The position numbers and the translations under genes are program-made. DNA of 56,455 nt. It comes from a virus (taxonomy: Duplodnaviria; Caudoviricetes). The stretch is taken from the IMG/VR virus record IMGVR_UViG_3300035660_000010, positions 1-56,455 of that record; one strand, 5' to 3'. The notes under the pieces were generated by a model. The model was given only the letters and a program-made list of their open reading frames with translations, did no database searches and was not told the origin of the DNA. Below, one piece after another: positions 10,277 through 19,700 of the stretch (within the stretch, counting starts at the first letter, position 1; each line of letters starts with the position of its first letter).

Positions 10277-10752
10277 ATCGCACCTTCTTTTTTATCTAAT
10301 ATTTTAAGTATATTAGTTATGATTTTTTGTGCATCAAAATGTTTATGAAGAAATATGCCCTCAAGCATTAAATGACAAGGCCAACAAATCTTAATACATT
10401 TTTGGCATTCTTCAGTAATTTTATCAAGATTTCTTGCACCATTTAAATACCTACCTACACAGAATAATTCGTTCGATGAATCTTTGTGGTGAAAAGTAAT
10501 TCCATCATGGCCCAACTTATCAAATACCCTACTACACATGGAGCAAATTAATGGTCCTACTCTTTTAATAAAATCTTCTTTCTTCTTTGCAACTCTTTGT
10601 GGCCTCTTTTCACTCACCTGTTTCCCTTTGCATATTTTACAAAGATATCCAAAACCATCCCATTGACTGGCATCTTTATAAAACTCATCTCTTGTTTTCC
10701 GCTCCTTACAACACCCACACTTTTTAAATTCACTTCTCACTTTTCTAGGCAT
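10273..10752 (-). CDS. HNH endonuclease
   Basis: CxxC...FYKD..DG..YLCKIC; C..C...FHH...ECQKC..ICWPCH. Confidence 0.8.
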   Translation of the reverse strand: MPRKVRSEFKKCGCCKERKTRDEFYKDASQWDGFGYLCKICKGKQVSEKRPQRVAKKKEDFIKRVGPLICSMCSRVFDKLGHDGITFHHKDSSNELFCVGRYLNGARNLDKITEECQKCIKICWPCHLMLEGIFLHKHFDAQKIITNILKILDKKEGAI

Positions 10753-10794
10753 TGTTCTGTTCCCTCAAAAATTCAACAATGTTATTTATTATAT

Positions 10795-11211
10795 CTAACT
10801 TAAACATTTATGCTTTTTGACTCCTTCAAGTATCATATGGCAGGGCCAACAAAGCATAATACACTTCTTGGTTTCATCCAGAATAGCCTCCATAGTTTCC
10901 TGTTGATTGCCAATCATCCTGCCAATCGAAAACAATTTTTGTGCTGGATCAAGATGGTGAAAAGTGATTCCATTCTTACCTATTGTTTCATACACCATTT
11001 CACACACGCCACATTGAAGTGTCCCCATCTGCTTTGCAAACTGACCTCTCCTTTCTGCAGTTTTGAGAGGTCGAGTACGACGAGAGCCTTCGATATTGCA
11101 TTTTTTACAAACATATTGCAACCCATCTTTATGTGCTCCACTCTTAAAAAACTGATCGATATTTTTATTCTTATGACATCTTGAACATTTCTTTTTATTA
11201 TTTGACAACAC
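10795..11211 (-). CDS. HNH endonuclease, tandem paralog
   Basis: Same architecture (GITFHH...LCWPCH); GTG start at 11211 with GGAGG SD. Confidence 0.8.
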   Translation of the reverse strand: MLSNNKKKCSRCHKNKNIDQFFKSGAHKDGLQYVCKKCNIEGSRRTRPLKTAERRGQFAKQMGTLQCGVCEMVYETIGKNGITFHHLDPAQKLFSIGRMIGNQQETMEAILDETKKCIMLCWPCHMILEGVKKHKCLS

Positions 11212-11231
11212 TATATACCTCCAACGATTTC

Positions 11232-11744
11232 TTACTTTACAAATGCCTGCCCGCTTGCCACCAAATAGACGAAAAGGCCACAAAAAAAGAGAAGAGTACA
11301 CAAATAGAAAGCATTTGAAAGAGCATTCAAAAAGGGATGAACATTTGCAAAATTTTCTTTCTTGTAATTAACACACTTTAACTCATACAGCCAATGAGCA
11401 TCTCTGCGTTGCACCACCAGTGAATCGTGCCAATGTTGTATCCTTTTTTGTGTAGCACCACAATGAGGGCAGTGTGCATTTGAGGTTGTTTTAGAAGATG
11501 CTATTCCAACTCCAAATCCAGAGGAAGACACACCTATCCCAGCACTTTCAGTTATAACCTTATGACCAATAATGCTTGTGGAGATTGGCCTACCACAATC
11601 AGGACAGGCTACCAAAGAACCAAGATTGAGACACCAACACTTACCAGGACACTTTGTAAGTCCGTTATTGGGACAGGTAGGTTCCTTTAGATCATTTTCT
11701 AGATCATTTTTATATGCATTGTAGAAATCATTTTTCAATGACAT
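11232..11744 (-). CDS. Zn-ribbon protein with C-terminal membrane anchor
   Basis: CPDC/CPHC and a hydrophobic C-terminus. Confidence 0.6.
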   Translation of the reverse strand: MSLKNDFYNAYKNDLENDLKEPTCPNNGLTKCPGKCWCLNLGSLVACPDCGRPISTSIIGHKVITESAGIGVSSSGFGVGIASSKTTSNAHCPHCGATQKRIQHWHDSLVVQRRDAHWLYELKCVNYKKENFANVHPFLNALSNAFYLCTLLFFCGLFVYLVASGQAFVK

Positions 11745-11750
11745 ATTCTC

Positions 11751-11972
11751 TCACTCCACAAAATCAATAAGAAACTGGATTGCCATCGCTGCAACCTGAA
11801 CTGCCTCTTCTTTGAAGCCTTCTGGATGCTTGTGCTTAATGTCATCCCACAACTCTTCCAGTTCCTCCTTTATAACCGCATACCCCTCGTGAGGGCTATT
11901 AAAATGGCCATATTGCCCAACAGCTTCATTTATTTCTTTTCTGATGAGTTCGATAGCTTCATTTCGTGTCAT
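11751..11972 (-). CDS. Small MazG-like (all-alpha NTP pyrophosphohydrolase fold) protein
   Basis: AVIKEELEELWD...EEAVQVAAMA pattern. Confidence 0.5.
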   Translation of the reverse strand: MTRNEAIELIRKEINEAVGQYGHFNSPHEGYAVIKEELEELWDDIKHKHPEGFKEEAVQVAAMAIQFLIDFVE

Positions 11973-12201
11973 CTTTCTTTTCCTTCATACAAATCTTACA
12001 AGGACTATATCCACAATCTATTGCATCCTGTTCCGTTGCAAAGAATACGCGATGCTTTACGTAATGACCCTTTGCTATCCATCGTAAGGCACTTGGACAA
12101 TCAAGTCGGCCATAAATCTTGTCCGGCTTGTACCCACCAAAGGTCCCTGGTGTATCAGAGTCATAAAAACCTTTTTTATTTAGTAGTTGGTACTTTTTCA
12201 T
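11959..12201 (-). CDS. Stand-alone Ada metal-binding domain protein
   Basis: IYGRLDCPSA...RVFFATEQDA..GYSPCKIC. Confidence 0.8.
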   Translation of the reverse strand: MKKYQLLNKKGFYDSDTPGTFGGYKPDKIYGRLDCPSALRWIAKGHYVKHRVFFATEQDAIDCGYSPCKICMKEKKDDTK

Positions 12202-12204
12202 ATA

Positions 12205-12240
12205 ACAAAATAGAGAGGACCCTCTTTCAAGGGCCCTCTC
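12205..12240 (-). terminator. Intrinsic terminator-like hairpin after ssb
   Basis: GAGAGGGCCCTT-GAAA-GAGGGTCCTCTC followed by TATTTTGT. Confidence 0.7.
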
Positions 12241-12272
12241 CATCATCTTACGGGATTGGGAATGCTAAGCTA

Positions 12273-13004
12273 TCACAGCTTATCGAGATCAAGAAAATCC
12301 TTTTCATCATCTTCTGAGAGAAGATCCTGTTGCTCCTCGACAAGTGGCTTTACACCTTCCTTGGCCTTCGCAGGGTCAACTTCGTTGATAATGTTCATGA
12401 TGCGCTCAGCTGTCCAAGGTTGACACAACTTCTCGATATCGACGAAGTGCTCCTTATCTTCCTTGTTAGCTGAATCCTTTACCATCTTGATTTCCTCTGC
12501 GGTAAAGGGTTGTGGGTTCTTTTCACTACCAAGAGGCTGAACAACATATGTTGGAGACTTGGAATTTTTCGGACCCTTAGTAATGATGATATCATACTTG
12601 GTGATATTCCCAAAGTTCTCCTTATCTTCGTGGAGTGTCTTGATCTGGGCCATAATCTGGGAACCAGCATCAAGAATCTTGAGGGAGGCTGTCTTCTTGA
12701 CAGGATCACGGAAAAGGACCTTCAACAGCCACTTCAGCTGTGGGCCCTTATTCTCCTTCAGACAAACTGGATCTGTACCATCGAGTGTCGCATTTACCTT
12801 ACGAGACTTGCCACTCTTTGTCTTGATCCAATGGCAGTAATATTGATAAGGCTTCGAAACGACACGCATCTTGTACTTACCCTCTTCTTTCATATTGAGG
12901 AAGATGCTCTCACCATTTCCGTTGCCCTTACCACTTTCCTTAACATCGATTTCGTCCCAACCGACTTCGCCGAGCTTCTTACCCGGATTACCTGCGCTGT
13001 TCAT
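12273..13004 (-). CDS. Single-stranded DNA-binding protein (gp32-like)
   Basis: KMRVV...HW...YDIIITKG..P.Y.V pattern, acidic C-tail, replication context. Confidence 0.7.
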   Translation of the reverse strand: MNSAGNPGKKLGEVGWDEIDVKESGKGNGNGESIFLNMKEEGKYKMRVVSKPYQYYCHWIKTKSGKSRKVNATLDGTDPVCLKENKGPQLKWLLKVLFRDPVKKTASLKILDAGSQIMAQIKTLHEDKENFGNITKYDIIITKGPKNSKSPTYVVQPLGSEKNPQPFTAEEIKMVKDSANKEDKEHFVDIEKLCQPWTAERIMNIINEVDPAKAKEGVKPLVEEQQDLLSEDDEKDFLDLDKL

Positions 13005-13055
13005 TTTTGAATCCTCCTTTGAAAATGGATTGAACAGAATGAAAGGTCTTGAAAA

Positions 13056-13658
13056 TTAGACCTCAATCTCGAAATCACTATCTTTACCTATCGAATTTAA
13101 ACTGGATTTGTCAGCTACTTTTTTTACAATATTACTGGAAGGGACACTTTTTTCGGTACCAGCCAAGAGATCAAACTCCTCCTCAGTGCCTTCCCAACTC
13201 GACTGATTACGATTATCTACATGTGCCTTCAAGAGGTCCTTACAAAGAACATGGGCCTTGATGAGATTATCATACTTTTGCTTAATCCATACCAAAAATG
13301 CCTCAGCCTCTGTGTGAGTATTGGTTGCAGCAACATAACTGGGCTCATTACTATATGTCTCTCTGGCAGTTGTAGCAGGAGTGCCCTTTGCAATCTTACC
13401 CTCTATTGCATCAGCCTTTTTGGCTTTTCTTTCTGCATCCCTGTAGCCCACCATTCTAACTGCTTGACTAATGAGCTCACCACAATAATCTGCACACCGC
13501 AGAAAAATCGTAGCCAACTTTTCGGCCTCGTGTAAATCTATTGACCCATCCTTAGGAATCCTATGACTCACATCCTGAATATAACTCACATCAATGTTCA
13601 TAGGATTGAGTCCTTCAACCTTCAAAAGATCACCTAAACGAACAATATTATCTGCCAT
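13056..13658 (-). CDS. Possible UvsY-like recombination mediator
   Basis: Helical protein next to SSB; weak resemblance only. Confidence 0.35.
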   Translation of the reverse strand: MADNIVRLGDLLKVEGLNPMNIDVSYIQDVSHRIPKDGSIDLHEAEKLATIFLRCADYCGELISQAVRMVGYRDAERKAKKADAIEGKIAKGTPATTARETYSNEPSYVAATNTHTEAEAFLVWIKQKYDNLIKAHVLCKDLLKAHVDNRNQSSWEGTEEEFDLLAGTEKSVPSSNIVKKVADKSSLNSIGKDSDFEIEV

Positions 13659-13660
13659 TA

Positions 13661-13765
13661 CTACTTCCTTCTACTAATGCTTACAATGACATCACCTACA
13701 ATAGCTACCACAATAATGAGGGCCAAAAATGAGAGCCCCGGATTTTCACGGATGATCTCAAACAT
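13661..13765 (-). CDS. Small membrane peptide (34 aa)
   Basis: MFEIIRENPGLSFLALIIVVAIVGDVIVSISRRK*; fills the gap. Confidence 0.55.
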   Translation of the reverse strand: MFEIIRENPGLSFLALIIVVAIVGDVIVSISRRK

Positions 13766-13766
13766 C

Positions 13767-14549
13767 TTACCTACTCCTTGCAATCCCCTTGTTGGTTCCA
13801 CGTGGCTCTACCGGACCACTCTTTAGTTTCTTTGGTAATATTCTACTTTTCAATGCCTCTACTTTTGGGTCAACAGCTGAATCTCCAAAAATTCGAGCTG
13901 CTTCTTCCGGAGAGATTCGTTCTTCCTCTTCTAATATTGGATCTTCCTCTTGTATGACAGCGTTGTCTTTCTCAAAAATCGCCTCATATGCACCCGCCAC
14001 CTTACCAGCGGGTAGCCCTGCCTCCTTCATGGCTTCTGCTCGAGCTTGCCTGCGAATCTTCTCACGTGATGCGGCTGCACTCAAATCCCGAGCTGAACCA
14101 GTTTTTTCCACGATTGGCTGTGTTGGAGACTCTAAAACCACAAGGTCGTCAGCATTAGCAACTTCCTGACAAATCTTTGTAAATTTGAAATGCTTTGAAA
14201 GTTCCTCAATCACGCGCGTGCGAATCTTAGCGTCTACATCACTTCTATTTGTAAATTGTGCAGAAGCTAAAACACTATCTAACTCGTGCAGCTGCTCCAC
14301 TCGTATAATGATGTCTTGGATACTCTTCTCAACCGCTATCAACTCCTCCACAAACCTCTCGTAAGGGATCGAACCCTCTAGAGCCTTCCTAGCCTTTCCA
14401 AAAGATCTAAAGGCTGTATCAATATTTGCCTGAAATGCCACAATATCAACAGGTACCTCGACCACCTTTTCTTCCTTTGGGGGTTCAGGTTGAAGTGTAG
14501 ATTGTACTGGCTGCACAGGTTCTACATTCTTGATTTCTTCATCTGCCAT
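13767..14549 (-). CDS. Hypothetical protein
   Basis: ORF; start moved to MADEEIK with AGGAG SD. Confidence 0.7.
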   Translation of the reverse strand: MADEEIKNVEPVQPVQSTLQPEPPKEEKVVEVPVDIVAFQANIDTAFRSFGKARKALEGSIPYERFVEELIAVEKSIQDIIIRVEQLHELDSVLASAQFTNRSDVDAKIRTRVIEELSKHFKFTKICQEVANADDLVVLESPTQPIVEKTGSARDLSAAASREKIRRQARAEAMKEAGLPAGKVAGAYEAIFEKDNAVIQEEDPILEEEERISPEEAARIFGDSAVDPKVEALKSRILPKKLKSGPVEPRGTNKGIARSR

Positions 14550-14560
14550 TGTGTTGCTCC

Positions 14561-14809
14561 TTATTCTATCTCTGGCCATACTAAATGTTTATGGCTACAG
14601 GTTGGACAAACCACTTCTTGTTGATAAACGAAAGAGTGATAGAGTTCATATGGGCCATTAGGATTATCCCAAAACTCTGATTCAAATAAACGACAAGGAT
14701 ATTTTTCTGGTTTTCCATGATGAGCATGAGTGTGTCTGGCTTTGACATCCATTTCTTTCTTATACCACTCAAAGTCATTTTCATCTTTAAATTCAATAGG
14801 ATTGGTCAT
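14561..14809 (-). CDS. Hypothetical protein
   Basis: 82-aa ORF with CPTC. Confidence 0.6.
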   Translation of the reverse strand: MTNPIEFKDENDFEWYKKEMDVKARHTHAHHGKPEKYPCRLFESEFWDNPNGPYELYHSFVYQQEVVCPTCSHKHLVWPEIE

Positions 14810-14834
14810 TGCATTATTCCTTTACCACTCCAGC

Positions 14835-15026
14835 TCACTTCTTATTCCTGAACTTCTTTGTTTGTTTTTCTTCCATTATGGCACCAAGATCACCACATAC
14901 TTTGCAACGATCACATTGATAACTACCATAATCGTCTATCCATCCACCACGTGGTATTCCCTTACACTCGGGACACAAATAGATGCTTCTCACAATAGTT
15001 TCACGACTTAGTAGTTTCTTTTTCAT
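14835..15026 (-). CDS. Small DnaJ-like Zn-finger protein
   Basis: CPECKG...CKVCGDLG. Confidence 0.55.
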   Translation of the reverse strand: MKKKLLSRETIVRSIYLCPECKGIPRGGWIDDYGSYQCDRCKVCGDLGAIMEEKQTKKFRNKK

Positions 15027-15027
15027 A

Positions 15028-15147
15028 TTACCACTCCATATCCCATAATGCTTTATAAATGTCTATTTCTCCAAAATAGGGACGATATCCTGCCCGATTC
15101 AGGTCGTTGTAGTATCTTGTTAGATACTCAATATACTTTTCTATCAC
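15028..15147 (-). CDS. Small protein, W-tail family (LWDMEW*)
   Basis: Manual 39-aa translation from GTG; fills the gap. Confidence 0.55.
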   Translation of the reverse strand: MIEKYIEYLTRYYNDLNRAGYRPYFGEIDIYKALWDMEW

Positions 15148-15149
15148 AC

Positions 15150-15821
15150 TTACCCCTTTTGGTCTTGATATTGACCTTCATATGCCCTATGACTATCAGC
15201 GTTGAAAAATACTATTTGTGCTACACGGCAACCACGCTCTATAAAAGTAGGCACATATGGTCTGAATATGCCACCTATTCTTCCTTTGAATCCGGTATCG
15301 TAGAGCCCTGTCATAAATATACCTGAATATCTATTCAGGGAGGACCTTACAAATATGTAGGCAGCCATGTCTTTTGGAACATTCACTTCTTCAAAAAAAT
15401 CTAATGCGTATTGTTTTCCTGGATACAAGCGGAACATACCTTCTGCATCAGACTCCAATTTGTAATACTTACAGCGCATATCATTCTTCTTATGTAGAGT
15501 GAATATTGTGGTACCATCTGCCGCCTGGACCTCATCAAGTCTCAAGTCAATTCCATTTTGCTGAAGAGCACATTCATCATCCCTGGGATCAATGATAATA
15601 GGTGGTCGTCCTTCATATGGCCTTACAGCACCTAAATCCAAAATTGTCTTTGGATTTACTATAGCTGATTGTGGAACGTTGTCCTCATGAAAATCAGTAC
15701 TAAATGACATTGCTTCCCTTTCAATCGTTTCTTTTCGTTGTTTTTCCACCTCTTCCAACGTTTTATGGGCAATCTCGATTGCCTCTTTTCTTGTTATTGG
15801 TATTCCCAGTTTCTCCTCCAT
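15150..15821 (-). CDS. dCTP deaminase/dUTPase family protein
   Basis: QQNGIDLRL, RSSLNRYSG, GLYDTGFKG, RVAQIVF, YEGQYQ. Confidence 0.85.
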   Translation of the reverse strand: MEEKLGIPITRKEAIEIAHKTLEEVEKQRKETIEREAMSFSTDFHEDNVPQSAIVNPKTILDLGAVRPYEGRPPIIIDPRDDECALQQNGIDLRLDEVQAADGTTIFTLHKKNDMRCKYYKLESDAEGMFRLYPGKQYALDFFEEVNVPKDMAAYIFVRSSLNRYSGIFMTGLYDTGFKGRIGGIFRPYVPTFIERGCRVAQIVFFNADSHRAYEGQYQDQKG

Positions 15822-15856
15822 AGCTTATCTCCACTTTCCAAAGTTTGACACTTATT

Positions 15857-16189
15857 TTATGGCTCTTCTGGCAGCTTCTCCTTTGGTCCAATCTTATCTA
15901 CCCTAAACCCATTAATCTTATCTGTGTGATAATAATCAAGAGTAGAATCCTCAAGAAGCTTACTGCTCTCTTTATCAACAACTACCTTAATATTGTTCAG
16001 AATAATAATATCATCTGTATCCTGGATAAAATCGTTGTACTCAATACCCATACCAAGTTTATGTTCCCCATCTTCCTGCAAGATTTGAACACGCATTGCA
16101 ATCTTGACGTCTTCTGGAACACGACCCTTTCTCTTAGCTTTTGTAAGCTCATACTTCATTCTATCGCTTGCAGCAGGTGTAATAATCAT
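15857..16189 (-). CDS. HesB/IscA-fold protein lacking all cysteines
   Basis: IITPAA..., D.......KVVVDKES..LL..STLDY....GF pattern. Confidence 0.65.
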   Translation of the reverse strand: MIITPAASDRMKYELTKAKRKGRVPEDVKIAMRVQILQEDGEHKLGMGIEYNDFIQDTDDIIILNNIKVVVDKESSKLLEDSTLDYYHTDKINGFRVDKIGPKEKLPEEP

Positions 16190-16225
16190 ACTTATCCTTT
16201 CTAATAGCGATAACTTGTTTTGCTG

Positions 16226-16464
16226 TCATTTCGTATCCTTACCTGTCTGCACCAAAATTGAGAGTGGTGAAATGACAGCCTGCAATGACTTCATACAACT
16301 TGGACAAAGATTACACAATATCTCCATAACTTTTTCATTCTCACTTTAATAATTGTAAAAACACCTGGCACCTTTTTATTACATCCACAACAAATACTAT
16401 AAAAGCAACGATCCTCACCCTCTTTGGGAAAATCTCTACCTGCCTCACGCCACCTTACTTTCAT
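16226..16464 (-). pseudogene. Small Zn-ribbon gene apparently split by a -1 frameshift
   Basis: Frame 0 gives CCGC; the -1 frame after ATG AAA AAG gives VMEILCNLCPSC...TK*. Confidence 0.35.
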
Positions 16465-16568
16465 TATGGTAATCCCCAAGGGCACGTAGCCCACATAATA
16501 ATAATTGTCAAAATGAGCATCCCACCAAATATAATTTCACCCAGTGTGGGTTCCTGTGGTATTCTCAT
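16464..16568 (-). CDS. Small membrane peptide (34 aa)
   Basis: MRIPQEPTLGEIIFGGMLILTIIIMWATCPWGLP*; AGGAG SD, TAATG coupling. Confidence 0.55.
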   Translation of the reverse strand: MRIPQEPTLGEIIFGGMLILTIIIMWATCPWGLP

Positions 16569-16578
16569 ACTTACTCCT

Positions 16579-16794
16579 TCAATATCTTTCTAATGCCTTT
16601 CGAGCTCGTTCTCGAACCACTTTCACTGGGAGCCTCTTCATCTTGTCTATTTCACACTTGCACTCCTTGGGCCAACAACACTTTTTAACAGCATTTAATC
16701 CCTTCCCCTCATGCACAAACTCCCACAATTCTTCCTTGGTAGAAGTATTTTCCCAAAAGCATCGCCAGTTGATTCTTATCTTACATGGTCCCAT
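16579..16794 (-). CDS. Hypothetical Cys-rich protein
   Basis: 71-aa ORF overlapping the dnaE end. Confidence 0.5.
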   Translation of the reverse strand: MGPCKIRINWRCFWENTSTKEELWEFVHEGKGLNAVKKCCWPKECKCEIDKMKRLPVKVVRERARKALERY

Positions 16795-19700
16795 CGATTC
16801 CTCCGCAGTTTTTTAGAATCTTATCTACTACCAAACCTTTTCTATCCATAAATACATTTACTGCGCACCTCGCTATAATCGTGCTTCCATTCTTCCAAGC
16901 ACTTGGATCGTCTTCATATGTCTTATGAAATAATGTTATGATTCCTTCACCTGTTCTATCCTCAACCTGGAACCTCCTGATAAACTTCTTCGGATCCTTC
17001 TTGTACGGACTCCTCTTCACACATCCCTGCACAATGAACATCATATACACTTTATCTGTATCGTTGTACTCATCCAACGATTGATTGAATCGATATATTG
17101 GATTGTATCCCGCCTTAAATGTTTCTTCGGCTCCATGATGGAAATCAAATATATTGAATGACACAGGGGCACCATAGATCTCACTTTCAAATGCCACAAT
17201 CTCACTTGCCTTCCATTCCTCTCGTGGGTCCTTACTAAATCTCTGCACTGGAGTTTCATATTCTTGTCCTCCACGAGATCTTACATTTACTGGATTATGC
17301 CAATCATAGGCTGGGAAGTCTTTCATTATTTCGGCTTCTGTTCTAATCGGCACACCAGCCTTTTCATCGTTCTCTCGCGCTCTTTTCACAAATCTCTTGA
17401 TCTTCTTACGACAATCATCATAGAAATCATAGTATGTTTTTCGTTGCACTTTTTCTTCAGCAAATGCACCATCGAACGCACCTGCCTTTATCAATGCCTC
17501 AATGACCCTGCTCGTCACTCTTTTTGATTCTGTACGAGCGAGAAAGTCCACCATATTCTTATATGGTCGCTTACTCAAAATATCTTCGACAGCACGTGCA
17601 CCCACATTCTTCAGTGTAGTGAGGTTTCGTCGTATTGTCTTGACATCTTCTACCTCATACCTCATTGTACTTTTATTTATATTCACTGGTTTGATCTTCA
17701 GACCTGAATTTAGAGCCTCACGAATATAAGAATTTACTTTCAACTGGTCAGCCTCATTCGACAGAAGGGCACCTGTGAACTCTGCTGGATAGTTCGCTTT
17801 GAGGTAGGCAGTTTGGTATGTTGTGTGAGCATACCCCACGGCATGACTCTTATTGAACCCGTAGGCGGCAAACTCTTCTACCAACTTCCACACCTTTTCT
17901 GCGATGTCTTTTGTCATACCACTATGCTTTACACAACCATTCACAAACTTTTCTTTGTACTCCATCATCAAACTATGGATCTTCTTACCAATAGCTTTTC
18001 TCAAGGTATCAGATTCTGGCTCTGTAAATCCCGCACATTGCACAGCAATCTGCATACATTGCTCCTGGTAGCAATTATGAACAAATACACCATTTGCCAC
18101 GAAATTAGATGTATCCATATCTATTGTTAAATCATAAACTTGTTGCAAACCGACTTCTTCACACGACCTTATCTCATACCACAAAATGTCATCTGCCAAC
18201 AGATTATCAAGATCCAAATCTTGAATTATTGATTGAATCTGTTCAGCCAATGGACGATGGCAAAAATCCGTCTGCTTGATATATTTACCAGTGGTGGTAA
18301 ATAAATTACACCGATGAATATTGGCCCTCTTTGCAAAAGCTGTTTGTGATATTTGTTCCCTTTCAATATATCCAAGTGCCTTTTCTCGAATTAAATCCTT
18401 CGAGAAGACTCCATAACATGCCCGCTGTGTGGAGTGTGTAATCTTCCGTGTTTCTCGGTCTTTTCGTGAAGCAGTCATAAATTGACCAAAAGAATTTTTA
18501 CAATCTTCCGTTGAATAACAGATAATGGCATAAGCCCCATCTTTTCGATAATGGTAATTTGGGCACAATCCTAATTTATTTAGAAGTGTGAAAACTTGTT
18601 CTGCCAGTTGTTTAGATATGGTAGTATAAAAATAGTGGCTTGGTGCTATTCCTCCATCACAATCCCACAAGAAAGCAACAAACTTTTTTATAAGTTCTTC
18701 ATTCAAATTCATTACAAAATCAGGAATAAATTTAGTGTAAGAATTACACCCACCATCTTCGTTCTGGTACTTCAAGCCCAACTCGCGCAACCAAATTAAA
18801 AGATCATTTGGTATCCAGTTCAATCGTGTTTCATTCTCTGTGTAATATTCTTCTGCTTTCGCTACTTTAATTTCTTCTGTGCCTTCCGTTTGTCCCGATA
18901 TTCGGTACGTTTTGGTTCTTGGGAAAGCATGAACTACTGCTTCTTCAAATTTTTGCTTTAGTGCTTCATCATGAGAAATAAAGCTAATGTTTGTACTTGT
19001 AGAGAGAGCCCCATCACCCAAGAGATAGGCGAGAATACGCAAACGATCTTCATTGTATGTATTATTACCAAAAGACAAATAATGAGGCACAGCTATGGGA
19101 AGTTTTTGCTGGAACGCTTTATTAATTTCCATCCATCCCCTAGGTGTTTTTACCCTATGATCTTGGGTCAAGGTTATTCTTTGTCCATTAGACAATGAAT
19201 AGCGATACACTAGGCGTCTGCCATTATTGATAACCTTATTGATTCTTTTTGGTATGGCGACCCCGTTTTCTTTTATAGAGATTGTATTCATACCCTCTTT
19301 ACAATCTTTGATGGGAATATAATCTCCCCTTTCTATTATATAAATCGGGGTATTTTCGTCAAGACATACAACGCCGTAAGTCTTCCCTAGGATAGGTTTC
19401 AGGCTTGGGTGTAGATACCACTCCTCTCTATCTTCACCACTTCTCTTTCTTTTACCATACTCTGCTGTCAGACCAGAGGCTAATGGACCAGGACGACATA
19501 GAGCTAATACCACTGCGACATCTTCAATGCTATTCGCATATACACCCTTCAACAACTCGCGCATTGTGGGTCCTTCTACCTGAAATACACCATTAGTCTT
19601 TCCGTCTCGTAGAAGCTTGAATGCTCGCGATGCCATTTGTTTGCCAGGCGATACAATACCTACTCTTTGTTCAAAGGTGGCATCTGGCTCGTCATAAAAT

